This document shows positions 1 to 9,938 of a DNA stretch of 64,000 bases, in pieces. Source of the stretch: Patescibacteria group bacterium. Lineage in GTDB: Bacteria; Patescibacteriota; Minisyncoccia; UBA6257; UBA9933. The DNA is taken from NCBI GenBank assembly GCA_038065955.1, contig JBBTPY010000001.1, positions 1,890 through 65,889 on the forward strand, given 5' to 3'. Under the pieces are notes generated by a model. It saw nothing but the letters and a program-made list of their open reading frames with translations. It did no database searches and was not told the origin of the DNA. Positions within the stretch are counted from its first letter, which is position 1. The number at the start of each line of letters is the position of its first letter. Made by a program: the position numbers and the translations under genes.

Positions 1-1
1 A

Positions 2-250
2 AAGGCGAAAACTATCGCCACGGGCAAAGGCGCCAAGCCGGAAGGAATAAACGGGATAAACGGAATGAACGGGGTAAAATGGCTCGGCGAAACGCTCAAC
101 GAGCCGGCCTGCGTATTTATTTATGCTAATAAAATAGCGCTGGTATCGGCGGACAAAGAAGGCAGCCCGACTAGCGTCCTAATTGAAAACCCGGCCCTTG
201 CCGCCGTCCAAAAAACGGCATTTGAAAAACTTTGGGAGATGATTAAATAA
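2..250 (+). CDS. Partial CDS (5' end outside window), C-terminus of probable TrmB-like transcriptional regulator
   Basis: Frame open from base 2; 'VFIYANKIALVS...SVLIENPALAAVQKTAFEKLW' resembles the C-terminus of CPR TrmB-like regulators; 9-bp tandem repeat at 44-79 encodes GINGINGMNG. Confidence 0.55.
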   Translation, partial: KAKTIATGKGAKPEGINGINGMNGVKWLGETLNEPACVFIYANKIALVSADKEGSPTSVLIENPALAAVQKTAFEKLWEMIK

Positions 251-258
251 ACAATAAA

Positions 259-291
259 AAAAGGCGGTTTGTTTTATTAAAACCGCCTTTT
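259..291. terminator. Bidirectional intrinsic terminator
   Basis: aaaaggcggttt...aaaccgcctttt hairpin between convergent genes. Confidence 0.7.
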
Positions 292-300
292 ACGCGTTTT

Positions 301-522
301 CTATCTTCTCCAGCGGTTTTTGATACTTTGCAAAGCAAAAATTTCTTGTTTGACCTCCTTTTGCTTTCCAAAATTCAGCAGAAAGTTTTTTGTTTGCAGT
401 AATAATAATTTTAGCTTCTTTAAAACAAATATTATTATTACCGCTACCAATGAAATCGTTAAAATCACTATCCAACCAGAAATTAACGTCGCAAAATATC
501 CAGTAAATATCAGCCCGTTCAT
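301..522 (-). CDS. Small hypothetical membrane protein
   Basis: 73 aa, hydrophobic N-half; strong AAGGAGGT Shine-Dalgarno before ATG. Confidence 0.6.
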   Translation of the reverse strand: MNGLIFTGYFATLISGWIVILTISLVAVIIIFVLKKLKLLLLQTKNFLLNFGKQKEVKQEIFALQSIKNRWRR

Positions 523-638
523 ATCACACCTCCTTTTATTAAGGTTAATATGACACTTCTTTATTCATTTATTAAATAGCTATTTTAAATATATTAATAT
601 ATTAATCAATTTTTATTAAAAAGTCAATAGCAATATCT

Positions 639-676
639 GTCCTCAATTCTTCCACATATGTGGACATTTTGAGGAC
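639..676. repeat. 38-bp imperfect palindrome, core CCACATATGTGG (copy 1 of 2)
   Basis: gtcctcaattcttccacatatgtggacattttgaggac; homologous copy at 47095-47132. Confidence 0.7.
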
Positions 677-773
677 AACCACAAATATTGACAATTTTTA
701 TAAAAGATATAAACTAACAACTGGTTTTTAATAATTTAATAAGAACGAAAAAATAGAAAAGGAGGGTATTGAA

Positions 774-1562
774 ATGAAAAAAAGGTGGATTTTTACGATT
801 TTGTTGTTTGTTTTGTCAATGTTGTCATTATTAATTTCCGAAGCTTTTTCCAAGGAGAAAGCAGAAAAGAAGGAGGATATTTTTCCGGTTATATCAGTTA
901 TATCAGTGGAAGTTAAAAAAGACGTGTCTGTTAAAGAATTTTACGACACAAACTCGCTGATTCGCTCGCGGATGTTTTATGAGGATTTTTTAAAGCGATT
1001 TGCCAAAGTCAATAATATGGCTGAAGGTGGGCTTGACGTCTTGCCGGTCGGAATATATTTTATTCCGATTGACGGTGTCTTTTTCAAAAACACTAAAACC
1101 GGCATTTATCCGGTGATGACAATTAACGCCGAACCCGGGATGACGCTTGACGAATTTTATAGGACAAATTCTCTTATTAACAGAAAGCTTTCATGGAATT
1201 TTTTCCTTGAACGCTTTGCCGAATTTCAGGAAATTCCGAATAAAGAAACGGAGTTCCGCAAACTTAAACCGGGCGCCTGGTTTGTTCCCATTCCGATGGT
1301 TCAATACTGGACTCAGGAAGGGATAAAATCAGCGGCTGAATTGGGATTTACTCAGGCAAAAGGAGGATTGTATAAAGCGAAGACGAAAATCATAGCGTTG
1401 AAAGAAGCTGTTGGAAAGGTTGAGCCTGTTAAGGAAAAAAGAATAAATCTTGCGACCGCGATAGGGTTAGTAGTGTTGATATTCAGCGTATCTTTTTTAC
1501 TATTCAGAAGTTTTTTCATTAATATTAAAAAGGAAAGAAAATACAATAAGGAGCCTAAATAG
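774..1562 (+). CDS. Exported, membrane-anchored protein with two internal ~58-aa repeats
   Basis: N-terminal signal/TM, C-terminal TM, repeated 'EFYxTNSLI...FLxRFA...LxxGxxFxPI'; strong SD. Confidence 0.75.
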   Translation: MKKRWIFTILLFVLSMLSLLISEAFSKEKAEKKEDIFPVISVISVEVKKDVSVKEFYDTNSLIRSRMFYEDFLKRFAKVNNMAEGGLDVLPVGIYFIPIDGVFFKNTKTGIYPVMTINAEPGMTLDEFYRTNSLINRKLSWNFFLERFAEFQEIPNKETEFRKLKPGAWFVPIPMVQYWTQEGIKSAAELGFTQAKGGLYKAKTKIIALKEAVGKVEPVKEKRINLATAIGLVVLIFSVSFLLFRSFFINIKKERKYNKEPK

Positions 1563-1615
1563 AAAGAAATTTCCAGAAAAAACAAAACTTCGTATATCTG
1601 AAAAGGAGGAATAAA

Positions 1616-2722
1616 ATGAAGAAATTTTTAACAGTATTGATAGTAATAATGATATTTGCGACTAATGCCGTTTTTGCCGGAGGTTTCGGCGAAAACGAAC
1701 ATAAAAAACATGGAAAACAGGAACAAGAGCAGAAACAAGAACAGAATCAGAATCAGAAACAACAACAAAGCGTTGAGGTAATAACCGGAGACGTAAGCGC
1801 TACCGGTGGAAACGCCACTATTGAAAGCGGCGCGGCATCCTCAAATTCTTCCTCTTCAATCGGCGACATTTCTTCGAGCCAATCAGTAAATATTGAATCG
1901 CCGACGGGCGTTCCCTTGATTAATCCTTCGTCCCCGCCCGAAGTTCAACTTTATCAATTATCGGCAACGGCCGTTGAAAAAGGCGTTGATATAACGCTTT
2001 TTTACAACGAAGCATGTAAGCCGGTAAATTCAAAAGAATTTCCGCTTGAAAGCAGAGAAGAAAAAATCAAAAAGATTCAAATTGTATTCACTCCCCATCA
2101 AGATTACTTGATGGAAGAATCAAAAGGCAAAAAATCAGAGGTGAAAGAAGTCAGGACGGAATTGCCGGAAGAAAAAGTGAAATGCCTCGGGGTGTTAAAC
2201 ATTGAGTCAGTCGCCAAAAAGAATATTCCTCTCAGTCAAATTAACGCCGAAGCCGGAAATTACGTTATTTTAAATCTCGGCGGATTTGAAAAGATATATT
2301 TGGTTGATATGAAAAACGCGGTGGCGGCGGCAAGAGGAGTCAATAATTCCGGATTCGGAGCTTTTTTGGCTCCGGGACAATCGTGGCTTCTCGGCTCGGC
2401 GACAGGAGCGATTGGCGGCGGTTTGTCTTACGGCAAAGGGAACGCTTTTAACGCAACCCGGCTGGGAACGACTTTTATCGTATTAGGAAGTGATTCCGAC
2501 GGAATGATTTTTAAACTGCCGGAACCGTCTAAACAAACGAAAGAACCGGAAAAAGCCATTGAAAAACCCTTATCTGAAGAAAAACGCGTTGTTATTGAAA
2601 TAATAACGCCTCAACTTCAACCGGCGCCGCAACCGCAAGTAATATCAGAACCAGAAAAAAAGAAAGAAAAACCGAAAAAGAAAGATATTAGCAGACATTA
2701 TATTATTCCTAATTGGGAATAA
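1616..2722 (+). CDS. Secreted hypothetical protein with Q-, S- and G-rich segments
   Basis: Signal peptide, QE/QN-rich tract, Gly-rich C-terminal segment; strong SD AAGGAGG. Confidence 0.75.
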   Translation: MKKFLTVLIVIMIFATNAVFAGGFGENEHKKHGKQEQEQKQEQNQNQKQQQSVEVITGDVSATGGNATIESGAASSNSSSSIGDISSSQSVNIESPTGVPLINPSSPPEVQLYQLSATAVEKGVDITLFYNEACKPVNSKEFPLESREEKIKKIQIVFTPHQDYLMEESKGKKSEVKEVRTELPEEKVKCLGVLNIESVAKKNIPLSQINAEAGNYVILNLGGFEKIYLVDMKNAVAAARGVNNSGFGAFLAPGQSWLLGSATGAIGGGLSYGKGNAFNATRLGTTFIVLGSDSDGMIFKLPEPSKQTKEPEKAIEKPLSEEKRVVIEIITPQLQPAPQPQVISEPEKKKEKPKKKDISRHYIIPNWE

Positions 2723-2754
2723 TATATAAAATTATTTTACAACCCTTGTTCGAT

Positions 2755-3285
2755 TTATCGGACAAGGGATTTTTTTATCATTTCTCCGAATTTTTCCGCC
2801 GCTTTCGGCCCGTTGGCGGTGATTATGTTATTGTCTTTAACAACACTTTCATCAACAAATTCCGCTTTATTGTTTCTTAAAATTTCAACCGCGCTTTTAT
2901 CTGAAACGGAATGCCAGACTGTTGCCTTGCGGTTTTCCAAAACTCCGGCTTTCGCCAAGATTGCCGGCGCGATACAAATCGCCGCCAATAATTTTTTCTT
3001 GGCCGAAACTTCACGCGCCAAACGATAACTTTTTTCGTTGTCCAGATTTTCCAAAGCGCCGGGACCGCCGACAAAAACAACGGCGTCAAAATTTTCAACA
3101 TCAACGTCAATAATATCAATGTCTATTTTAACTTCTCTTCCGTCCGCGCCGAAAGCAGATTCGCCGACTTTTCCGTTGCTCGCGGTCTTTATTTTATGGC
3201 CGGCTTTTTCCAGAATTTCTTTCGGCGCAAAATATTCAACATCCCGAAAATCTTTTTTTGCGATTACAAACAAAACCTTTGCCAT
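2755..3285 (-). CDS. DJ-1/PfpI family protein
   Basis: 'FRDVEY', 'FDAVVFVGGPG', nucleophile elbow 'AAICIAP', 'IITANGP'. Confidence 0.93.
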   Translation of the reverse strand: MAKVLFVIAKKDFRDVEYFAPKEILEKAGHKIKTASNGKVGESAFGADGREVKIDIDIIDVDVENFDAVVFVGGPGALENLDNEKSYRLAREVSAKKKLLAAICIAPAILAKAGVLENRKATVWHSVSDKSAVEILRNNKAEFVDESVVKDNNIITANGPKAAEKFGEMIKKSLVR

Positions 3286-3300
3286 TGGATTTAAATCCTA

Positions 3301-3344
3301 TCAATTTCGGTTATTTCAACGATAGTTGAAATAACCGAAATTGA
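3301..3344. repeat. 44-bp palindrome, MITE-like family (copy 1 of 4)
   Basis: tcaatttcggttatttcaac-gata-gttgaaataaccgaaattga followed by ctgaaacatta tail. Confidence 0.9.
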
Positions 3345-3404
3345 CTGAAACATTATGAAACATTAAATATTCTTCTATAAAATTATATAATAATATGTGA
3401 AAAC

Positions 3405-4031
3405 ATGAAAATTGAAATTTTACAACTTGGACAATTACAAACAAATTGTTATATCGCCCATTGCGGCGGCGAGGCGATTATTATTGACCCGGCCGATGAA
3501 GCGGAATTTATCGCGGAAAAAATCCAGCGGCTCAATCTCAAACCGTCGGCGATTCTGGCGACCCACGGCCATTTTGACCACATTCTGGCGGCCGGCGAAC
3601 TACAAATGCTCTTAAATATCCCTTTTTATATTCATCCGGCCGACGAATTTCTGCTTAAAGAAATGAACTCTTCGGCGAGTTTTTGGCTGAAAAATAAATT
3701 TAATTATCCCCTGCCGCGAGCTATTGAATTTATTAAAAAAGAATTTTCTATAAAATTCGGGGGTTGCCGATTAAAAGTTATAGAAACTCCCGGACACACG
3801 CCGGGGTCAGTGTGTTTTTTAAGCGAAGACGTTATTTTCAGCGGCGACACTTTATTTAAAAACGGCGTCGGCAGAACCGATTTTTCTTATTCCGACAAAA
3901 CTCAACTCGAAAAATCATTGGAAAAAATTTTCCGCCTGCCTGCCGGTAGGCACGGCCTACCGGCGGAAACTATTATCTACTCCGGCCACGGCGAAGAAAC
4001 CACGATTAAAGACGAAAAAATTCATAAATAA
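3405..4031 (+). CDS. MBL-fold metallo-hydrolase (glyoxalase II-like)
   Basis: THGHFDH, TPGHTPG, FSGDTLF, SGHG motifs; apparent in-frame LPAGRHG palindrome insert at about 3936-3956. Confidence 0.92.
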   Translation: MKIEILQLGQLQTNCYIAHCGGEAIIIDPADEAEFIAEKIQRLNLKPSAILATHGHFDHILAAGELQMLLNIPFYIHPADEFLLKEMNSSASFWLKNKFNYPLPRAIEFIKKEFSIKFGGCRLKVIETPGHTPGSVCFLSEDVIFSGDTLFKNGVGRTDFSYSDKTQLEKSLEKIFRLPAGRHGLPAETIIYSGHGEETTIKDEKIHK

Positions 4032-4510
4032 AATCTCAATTTACGGCGGGACCAATAAGAGCCGGCGTAATCCACTCCAATTCTTTTGGCAGATTTTATT
4101 TTAGATAGTTTTATTTTCACTCCCCTGTCTTCAATCCAAAGACCGGTTTTTTTATTGGCCGATTTTCCGTTGAATTTTCCGTCAATTTTAAGATATTTTG
4201 TAATCCGAGCCGGACCGCTAATTTTATCCGTTCCCCTGATTAAAACAGCGGCCGGATAATTTTCCGGCCCGACTACGAGATTGAGCATCCAATGCATTCC
4301 GTAAGTGAAATAAACATACCAATTCCCTGCTTTATCGAACATTATTTTATTTTTTTCAGTTATGCCCCGAGAAGCATGCGAGGCCTTATCGGAAAATCCG
4401 TCATAAACTTCAACTTCGGCAATCATTAAGGCAATTTCTTTTTCCCCGATTCGTCGAACTAAAAACTTACCCAATAAATTTTTGGCAATATCAACAGCGC
4501 GCTTTTTCAT
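4022..4510 (-). CDS. DNA-3-methyladenine glycosylase (MPG/AAG family)
   Basis: 'AKNLLGKFLV', 'EVEVY...DKASHA', 'YVYFTYGMHWMLN', 'AVLIR', 'GPARIT', 'RIGV'. Confidence 0.92.
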   Translation of the reverse strand: MKKRAVDIAKNLLGKFLVRRIGEKEIALMIAEVEVYDGFSDKASHASRGITEKNKIMFDKAGNWYVYFTYGMHWMLNLVVGPENYPAAVLIRGTDKISGPARITKYLKIDGKFNGKSANKKTGLWIEDRGVKIKLSKIKSAKRIGVDYAGSYWSRRKLRFYL

Positions 4511-5265
4511 GCCTCAAGTTCTTTCGCGGCGTTTCTGTAAGAACAAAAATCGCATTCCAAAGAAGATTCCGGCAAAGCGTCTTGCGCCAAGCAATTATAA
4601 GCGTCTGTTATCGCCTGTTCCACCCAGGTATTATTTCCTTCATAAGGCAATATCTTTATATTAAATTCCAATTTCCCGTCAAAAGCCTCTTTATCCGCGT
4701 CGCCGTTGCAATAAACGAAATATCCGACATTGTTTACCTTAAACCCGTTTTTTCGAAAAAGCCATTGATAAATTTCCATCTGCCTTTTATATCCTATCTG
4801 CCAGTCGGCATCCAAACTGACTTCTTCGCTTTTTGAAGTCGCCTTATAATCAACAATACTTAATTCTCCGTCTGCGGGATTAACCCAAACATCGTCAATT
4901 CCTCCTGTAATAAGCAAATTGGTTTTCGGATGTAGATATTGAATGCCGCCGCCGAGCGCGTCGCGCCACTCGTTAATTTTTTCATGCTGAAAAGGAATCA
5001 AATCCAAACCGTACGCTTTCATTAAAGGATGAGCCGTTTTGCCGGAGCGATGAATGTCAAATTCTTTTTTCAATAATTTATCAACGGCGGAATTAAGACT
5101 GAAAGGATATCCCGGCGGCTGGGAAACGCCAAGCCGCCTGTCCAGATAAAAACAACGAGGGCAATTTAAAAATAAATCGATTTTACTCCGGCTCAACCTA
5201 TATGGGATTTTTGAATCCGGCTCAAAAAGATTTCGTTTTCTTTGTGGATTATAAAATTTGGACAT
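4507..5265 (-). CDS. PD-(D/E)XK nuclease family protein (RecB/Cas4-like)
   Basis: 'LSRSKIDLFLNCPRCFY', 'GGIDD', 'IVDYKAT', 'QMEIY', C-terminal CDFC. Confidence 0.88.
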   Translation of the reverse strand: MSKFYNPQRKRNLFEPDSKIPYRLSRSKIDLFLNCPRCFYLDRRLGVSQPPGYPFSLNSAVDKLLKKEFDIHRSGKTAHPLMKAYGLDLIPFQHEKINEWRDALGGGIQYLHPKTNLLITGGIDDVWVNPADGELSIVDYKATSKSEEVSLDADWQIGYKRQMEIYQWLFRKNGFKVNNVGYFVYCNGDADKEAFDGKLEFNIKILPYEGNNTWVEQAITDAYNCLAQDALPESSLECDFCSYRNAAKELEA

Positions 5266-5267
5266 TT

Positions 5268-5720
5268 TTAATTTATTTGTAAGAGCTCAACTTCAAAAAT
5301 CAGAGTCGCTTTCGGAGGAATGGCTCCGGGGATGCCGTTTTCTCCATAGGCCAAATTATAAGGAATCGTCAGTTTTCTTTTCTCGCCGATTTTCATTCCC
5401 AAGACGCCTAAATCCCATCCTTTAATCACTTGTCCCGAACCAAGAATAAATTCAAATGGCTGGCCGCGGTCAACGCTGGAATCAAACTTTTTACCATCTT
5501 CAAGCCAGCCGGTGTAATGAACCGAAACCTTATCACCCGCTTTCGCCTCATTCCCTTCTCCTGTTTTCAAAATTTCAATAATCGATTGATTGTCTTGATT
5601 TTGAACGGCTTGATTTTCATTTTTTGAAACGTCAGACATATTAAAATAATTCTGCCCGTAATAAGCGGCTACTAAAACAACTGCCACGGCAAAAATTGCT
5701 AATAAAATATTTTTATCCAT
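5268..5720 (-). CDS. FKBP-type peptidyl-prolyl isomerase with N-terminal anchor
   Basis: '[16 protein letters not shown]', 'VIKGWD', '[14 protein letters not shown]'. Confidence 0.95.
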   Translation of the reverse strand: MDKNILLAIFAVAVVLVAAYYGQNYFNMSDVSKNENQAVQNQDNQSIIEILKTGEGNEAKAGDKVSVHYTGWLEDGKKFDSSVDRGQPFEFILGSGQVIKGWDLGVLGMKIGEKRKLTIPYNLAYGENGIPGAIPPKATLIFEVELLQIN

Positions 5721-5770
5721 AATTAAAATAATATCATTTTCTTATAATACCTCAAATACTTTCTGTACGG

Positions 5771-6421
5771 TTAATCGCGTTCTAATTTAATTTTGTGAAA
5801 CGCGTAAAACATAATCGCGAGAATCATAAAACCAAGAAGTGCTAAGCCGGAAAAAAGCAAAATGTCCCGCGTTATAAACGCCTCGCTGGCATACACGACG
5901 ATAATGACAAACGGCAACTCCGTCGCCAGGCTGGCGAAAAAATATTTCCAAAAATCATAACGGATAATTCCCAAAACATAACCGGGAATTTCGGCGGGCA
6001 TTGCCATTCTGAAAAGCAAAATAAACCAAAACTCCGATTTTTTTGAAATGCGACTTTTATAATAATCAATTTTATCAAACGGCAAAAATTGTTTGGCTAC
6101 CGGATAACCGGCGTAATAGCCGATAAAATAAGTAATGACATATCCGATTAACCAGCCGATAAGAAGAAAAACGGAGGTTAAAGCGATTCCCCAGACCATA
6201 ATCGCTGCCGGCACGAGCGGAACGCTGGAAAAAGGCGAAAACATCGCCGAAACGGCCGCTAAACTGATAAAAATCGCCATTCCCCATAATGGATGCTCTT
6301 CAATATATCCGATAATTAAGAACGAAAAATCGTAAAAAATTTCCTGTAAAAAATCCGAATACCAAAATAAGCCGGTAATTGCCGCCACTAAAAACAAAAT
6401 GTATAAATATTTTGTATTCAA
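5771..6421 (-). CDS. TVP38/TMEM64 (VTT/DedA superfamily) membrane protein
   Basis: Multi-TM; 'PFSSVPLVPAA', 'ITYFIG', 'LFRMAMPAE..GYVLG'. Confidence 0.8.
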   Translation of the reverse strand: MNTKYLYILFLVAAITGLFWYSDFLQEIFYDFSFLIIGYIEEHPLWGMAIFISLAAVSAMFSPFSSVPLVPAAIMVWGIALTSVFLLIGWLIGYVITYFIGYYAGYPVAKQFLPFDKIDYYKSRISKKSEFWFILLFRMAMPAEIPGYVLGIIRYDFWKYFFASLATELPFVIIVVYASEAFITRDILLFSGLALLGFMILAIMFYAFHKIKLERD

Positions 6422-6427
6422 TTTATC

Positions 6428-6850
6428 TTATTTTAATCCGTGTTCGTTGAAAAATTTCGTGTATTTTTTATCCACTTCAAGTATATGATGAGAAAGCCAG
6501 TTGCCGGAATAAGAAGCGATTTCTTCAACTAATTTTTTAACGTCGGCTTCTTCGTTTCTGGCGCTGTTAAGATATTTTTTAATCATTTCCCGATATTTAT
6601 TGTGGTTGTCAATATGAAGAACGGCGTCCGGATATTTAAATGCGTCAAAATATTCTTCTTCGGTTCCAAGATGATACATGGCGTAATTTCCGAGTTCATT
6701 GACAAGGGAGAATAATTCTTCTTTTGTTGATTTTTCTTTATCCGCGAGAGCGAATATTTTATTGACGATTTCAAAAAAATGCCTGTGTTGTTCATCAATT
6801 ATTTGTATTCCCACGCCATATTCATCCGTCCAAATAAATTTATTGTTCAT
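6428..6850 (-). CDS. Bacteriohemerythrin
   Basis: 'WTDEYGVGIQIIDEQH', 'HLGTEE', 'HIDNH', 'WLSHHILEVD'; start set to ATG at 6850. Confidence 0.9.
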   Translation of the reverse strand: MNNKFIWTDEYGVGIQIIDEQHRHFFEIVNKIFALADKEKSTKEELFSLVNELGNYAMYHLGTEEEYFDAFKYPDAVLHIDNHNKYREMIKKYLNSARNEEADVKKLVEEIASYSGNWLSHHILEVDKKYTKFFNEHGLK

Positions 6851-6967
6851 ATAAAAATAATTTAGCATCTCCGACCTTTTTATTTTATTTAATTTTAACA
6901 AATCCAGCGGTTTCTTACAATTTTAGATATTTCTTCATTTTTATTATATCAGTAAAATTAAAAACAA

Positions 6968-6998
6968 AAAAACCGCCCTTGATAAAAGGACGGTTTTT
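6968..6998 (-). terminator. Intrinsic terminator after cold-shock gene
   Basis: aaaaaccgcc...ggacggttttt hairpin with T-tract on minus strand. Confidence 0.65.
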
Positions 6999-7010
6999 AT
7001 TTCGCAACGC

Positions 7011-7208
7011 TTACGCGAGCGATACATTTGTGGCGGCCTGGCCTTTTTCGCCATTAACGACTTCAAAAACGACGGCATCGCCAACTTTTAATTCGTCAAA
7101 TGTCACGCCGCTTAATTCTTTAGAATGAAAGAAAATGTCTTTTGTTTCGCCTTCGCGAGAAATAAATCCAAATCCTCTATCCGTAAGAGTTTTAATTGTT
7201 CCGTTCAT
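7011..7208 (-). CDS. Cold-shock protein
   Basis: RNP1 'RGFGFI', RNP2 'DIFFH', 65 aa. Confidence 0.95.
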   Translation of the reverse strand: MNGTIKTLTDRGFGFISREGETKDIFFHSKELSGVTFDELKVGDAVVFEVVNGEKGQAATNVSLA

Positions 7209-7300
7209 GTGATTATTTTAAAATTATTTTTTCCAGAAACTCGACAGCGTCTCTTGGTATGATTATATTTTTCTATCATATCATAAAAATAATATCTTTG

Positions 7301-8428
7301 TCAAATTAAATATTTTTTGTTTATTAATTTTTCCGGCAAGAAATTGTCTTTGGAATATTTTTCATATCCTTTGCCATAATTTAATTCTTTCATCAGTTTA
7401 GTTTCGGGATTCCGCAATTTCAAAGGAATTGGCAGATTTCCGAATTTTTTAACGTCTTCCATTGCCTTTATGTAAGCTTCGTAAGCTCCTCTGTCTTTTT
7501 TGCATTGAGAAAGATAAGCTACGCCATGAGCCAGATTGATAGCGGCCTCAGGCAACCCTACCGTTTCCACTGCCCTAAAAACATCATTTGCCACCATAAG
7601 GGCCGCCGGTTGCGCCAGACCGATATCTTCACTGGCAAAAATAACCATTCTTCTGGCTATAAATTTTGGGTCTTCGCCGGCGTCAACCATCCGAGCTAAA
7701 TAATACAAAGCGGCGTCCGGCTGGCTCGTCCGCATACTCTTGATAAAAGCCGAGATAACGTTGTAATGCTCCCCTCCTTTTTTATCATAACGTAAAAATT
7801 TTGACTGGAGAGTATTTTTTAATGTTTCAACTGTAATCTTCCCGTAAAGATTTTGAGCATTTTCAAGAACCGTAATCGCCTGCCTCGCGTCGCCGTTAGC
7901 CATGTTAACAAGCCAATCCTCCGCCTCTTTGTCCATTTTCAATCCGGTTCTTTTAATGATGGCCTTTATCTCGTTTTCCGAAAGCTCGTTTAAAACGAAA
8001 ACGCGGCATCGCGAAAGAAGAGGCGAAATAACCTCAAAGCTGGGGTTTTCCGTGGTGGCTCCGATTAAAATTATTTCCCCTTTTTCAACGTAAGGAAGCA
8101 GAAAATCCTGTTGAGCTTTGTTAAAGCGATGAATCTCGTCCAAAAATAAAACCTTGGGAACTCTTTCCGAATCTTCTTCTAATATCTTTTTAATATCCGC
8201 TTTTCCGGCCGAAACCGCGGACAATTCATAAATTTTCGCGTTCAGGCTGTTGGCATATATTTTAGCCAAGGTCGTTTTACCGCTTCCCGGCGGCCCCCAC
8301 AAAATAAACGAAAACATATGTTTTTGTTTAATGGCGATATTTAAAGGTTTCTCATCGCCAACTAAGTGTTCTTGACCGATAAAGTCTTTTAAATCCCGCG
8401 GTCTGATTTTAGAAGCAAGCGGTTCCAT
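7301..8428 (-). CDS. rarA: Replication-associated recombination protein A (MgsA/RarA AAA+ ATPase)
   Basis: 'PLASKIRP', Walker A GPPGSGKTT, 'DEIHRFNKAQQD', 'GATTENPSF', 'SEDIG'; start set to ATG 8428. Confidence 0.95.
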   Translation of the reverse strand: MEPLASKIRPRDLKDFIGQEHLVGDEKPLNIAIKQKHMFSFILWGPPGSGKTTLAKIYANSLNAKIYELSAVSAGKADIKKILEEDSERVPKVLFLDEIHRFNKAQQDFLLPYVEKGEIILIGATTENPSFEVISPLLSRCRVFVLNELSENEIKAIIKRTGLKMDKEAEDWLVNMANGDARQAITVLENAQNLYGKITVETLKNTLQSKFLRYDKKGGEHYNVISAFIKSMRTSQPDAALYYLARMVDAGEDPKFIARRMVIFASEDIGLAQPAALMVANDVFRAVETVGLPEAAINLAHGVAYLSQCKKDRGAYEAYIKAMEDVKKFGNLPIPLKLRNPETKLMKELNYGKGYEKYSKDNFLPEKLINKKYLI

Positions 8429-8438
8429 ATAAAAACAA

Positions 8439-9932
8439 TTAATTTCCTCGCTGTTCGGGCTGGCCGCCGCGGATTTCCCGATATTTATTTTTATATTTTT
8501 CAATTATTTCTTCAACTTCTTTATTTGAAATTTCCACTCGTAAAAGGTCAATGGCATTTATAGTGTCGTAAATATCAAGTTTGTTTTCAAGCTTATAAAT
8601 GGCATCGCGCCAAAGAATCGCTTTTTCATATTCGCCTTTTAAAGTCGCTTCCTTTTCTAATCGCTTCATCATATTAATAAAAGCCCAATAAACTCCTTCT
8701 TCGGCGCCCCCGCGGCCGATAGTTCTGTCCTTAAAAGGAATGCGAATAATGGATTTTTGTTCCTTCATCATCTGTCTGATTTTCCCGGTTCGCTGCCAAT
8801 TAAAAGCGGTAGTTATTATTTTTTCATAATAGTTGCGCGCTTCTTCAAAATTTTTTTTAGAAACATCGGGAATATGTCTCATTGTATCAAGCAACCGATA
8901 CGCGCCCGCTTCAATCATTTCAAGACTCCACCACGGCTTAGCCGAAGCCCACCAAAAATGGTCGCTTGACAGCGCCAAATCAGTTTTTTCTCTAACAAGA
9001 ACGTATCGCGGATTATTTTTATCCATCGCGTAAACTTCTTTAAGAATAAGTTCCGTAAATTCTCTTTGCCACTTATGAATTATATTTCCGGAATCAGCCC
9101 ATGAAAGAAATTGATTGTTTTCTTCAATGTCTTTTCGGCTTGAAGCCCAAGTTGATTTTACCGGCAAAACTTCTTTAATCTCGCCATAATAAGAAAGAAT
9201 GTCGGAAATTTTAATTAATTCAAATTCCGGCGCGTCAAAAACGTCAAAAATCATTTTTTCCAAACCGGGGCGATGATGGCCGAATGTTTCACCGTCCATC
9301 GCCGTCAAAACATAACGGCCGCTTTTCAAGTCTTGAGCCATCGCTTCAAAAAGCGATTCGCGAGAACGGACAACGGCGCTCATGATAAGATTGCTCAAAC
9401 GCCGCTCGCGGAAAAAAACCTTAAGATTGCCGCCGGCAATTTTATAAATTTTTTTATAATCAACGCGTTCAATATAACCGTCATACGCGATTTCGTCCAA
9501 AATAATCCATTCAAAACCCAGTGAAGAAATAATAGCGGGCAGATTTTCGCTATAAGCCATTTCCGGCGGGAAAAATCCCCGCGGTTTGTAAGCGCCGCCT
9601 AAAAAAAACTTATTGGTTTCATCGTTGATTTTTACCTGCCTGATAATTTCATCCTCGCTTAAAAACGGCAAAAGCGCGTGATATTTTGTGGAAGAAGTAA
9701 ACTCAATTCTATTTTCTTTTCCTAAATCGCGCAAAATATCAATAAGGTCTTTATATCCGTATTTGTCGAAAAGCTCGAAAAGAGCGCCGCTTATATTTAA
9801 AGTAAGGTTTACGCGTTTGTGTTTTTTTAATCCTTCAAGAAGAGGACGATAACTTTGGGCGACAATAGCTTCAAGAACATCCGGTTGTTGTTCCGCCGGC
9901 TGATAAATATGTAAAAAATTCGCCCAATACAT
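8439..9932 (-). CDS. Glycoside hydrolase family 57 protein
   Basis: 'FLHIYQP', 'GFFPPEMAY', 'MDGETFGHH', 'SSDHFWW'; directly downstream of glgA. Confidence 0.85.
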   Translation of the reverse strand: MYWANFLHIYQPAEQQPDVLEAIVAQSYRPLLEGLKKHKRVNLTLNISGALFELFDKYGYKDLIDILRDLGKENRIEFTSSTKYHALLPFLSEDEIIRQVKINDETNKFFLGGAYKPRGFFPPEMAYSENLPAIISSLGFEWIILDEIAYDGYIERVDYKKIYKIAGGNLKVFFRERRLSNLIMSAVVRSRESLFEAMAQDLKSGRYVLTAMDGETFGHHRPGLEKMIFDVFDAPEFELIKISDILSYYGEIKEVLPVKSTWASSRKDIEENNQFLSWADSGNIIHKWQREFTELILKEVYAMDKNNPRYVLVREKTDLALSSDHFWWASAKPWWSLEMIEAGAYRLLDTMRHIPDVSKKNFEEARNYYEKIITTAFNWQRTGKIRQMMKEQKSIIRIPFKDRTIGRGGAEEGVYWAFINMMKRLEKEATLKGEYEKAILWRDAIYKLENKLDIYDTINAIDLLRVEISNKEVEEIIEKYKNKYREIRGGQPEQRGN

Positions 9933-9938
9933 TTAAAG

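Noticed and set aside
4507-5265. cas4 call for the PD-(D/E)XK nucleases (also 37442-38296)
   Set aside because: Cas4-like fold but no CRISPR or other cas genes nearby
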